Shown piece after piece: positions 63,294 through 64,000 of a DNA stretch of 64,000 nt. A program made the translations under genes and the position numbers. The DNA is taken from contig CBDFLJ010000001.1 of assembly GCA_965248835.1 (NCBI GenBank), positions 384,001 through 448,000 on the forward strand, written 5' to 3'. The notes beneath the pieces were generated by a model. That model saw only the letters and a list, made by a program, of their open reading frames with translations, was not told the DNA's origin and searched no databases. This DNA comes from Alphaproteobacteria bacterium. GTDB taxonomy: Bacteria; Pseudomonadota; Alphaproteobacteria; MPNO01. How positions within the stretch are numbered: position 1 is the stretch's first letter; each line of letters begins with the position of its first letter.

Positions 63294-64000
63294 TCAGGCC
63301 GCGGCCTTGGCCGCGATCATCGGCAGGGTGATGACCAGCAGCTCGGTGTCGGTTTCGGCGGCGAAGGTGAAGGTCTCGCCGGGGTCGAGCCGGATGGCGG
63401 TGTAGCGGCGGTAACCATCGCCCTCGCCTTGGGTGACGAAGATCAGCCTGCGGTCGGGCGAGGCGGAAAACGTCTCCGACGCCCCACGATCGATTGCGAA
63501 CTGGTCGAGCGCCATGCCGCGCTCCGAAAAACTGCCGAGCGGCTTGCCGCGGACACTGCTTTGGCCCGCGAGCGCCGACCAGGCGAAGTTCTGCGGCTGC
63601 ATCACCACCGGGCCCTTGAACCGCGGCGCGGGGTAGGCGACGGGTTTGCCCATCACTTTCTGCCAGATCGCCTCGTAGCCGTCCTGGTTGCGCCGTCCCT
63701 CGCCCGAACCGTTGCGGCGGAAGACACCGCCCTCGAAAGTCCCTTCGGCCTCAAGCGCGCCGTGGCCGGCCTTGACCTGTGAGCGGCTGAGATAGCCCTG
63801 GCCGCTCGCCCCGCCGAATTGGAGGACCAGGACCAGCCGGTCGCTGTCACCTTCCTGCGGACCGTAATGGACGCCCTCGGGGAAATAGCCCACCTCGCCG
63901 GCATCGATGGTCAGCCGCGGGGCGATCGGTACGCTGCCCTCGATGCAGAACCGCACCTGGTCCCACGGATGGCGGTGGCGCGGGGAGAAGAAGGACGCGC
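63294..64000 (-). CDS. Cupin-like protein (5' end outside the window)
   Basis: Frame open to the window edge: ...FFSPRHRHPWDQVRF..EG...GYFPEGVHYGPQ. Confidence 0.7.
   Translation of the reverse strand, partial: ASFFSPRHRHPWDQVRFCIEGSVPIAPRLTIDAGEVGYFPEGVHYGPQEGDSDRLVLVLQFGGASGQGYLSRSQVKAGHGALEAEGTFEGGVFRRNGSGEGRRNQDGYEAIWQKVMGKPVAYPAPRFKGPVVMQPQNFAWSALAGQSSVRGKPLGSFSERGMALDQFAIDRGASETFSASPDRRLIFVTQGEGDGYRRYTAIRLDPGETFTFAAETDTELLVITLPMIAAKAAA

Overview
High-GC chromosomal segment from an alphaproteobacterium, probably Rhodospirillales-like. This is inferred from gene content and order (ccmCDEFGHI, purB/zeta/purC-purS-purQ-purL-bolA-grxD, lgt-midA-pgeF, ubiK-ybjN-proC). Most of it is core metabolism: cytochrome c maturation, rpsD, trmJ, cimA, cysS, nadE, class II DAHP synthase, gor, glmSU, purine synthesis and hut genes. 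Interspersed are accessory catabolic genes (two Rieske oxygenase alpha/beta pairs, an LLM/F420-type oxidoreductase with biotin-carrier and carboxyltransferase genes, an amidohydrolase, a TauD-family gene), an RND efflux pair, a cobalamin-riboswitch-controlled btuBFCD-tonB operon and tRNA-Val(CAC). No integrase, transposase, phage gene or CRISPR array was seen. The most unusual element is a compact intergenic unit at about 63080-63290. It has a putative promoter, a 17-nt perfect complement of the typical alphaproteobacterial 16S rRNA 3' end running into a GTG start, a 23-codon ORF buried in a long switchable RNA helix, and a strong terminator. Other notable points are tandem NrdR-like boxes plus a DnaA-like box upstream of ybjN-proC, two enzyme homologues lacking canonical catalytic residues, an orphan DctP-like fragment, and two single-base frameshifts (nadE, tauD-like) that may be sequencing errors. 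All calls come from reading the sequence by eye; no database searches were run.
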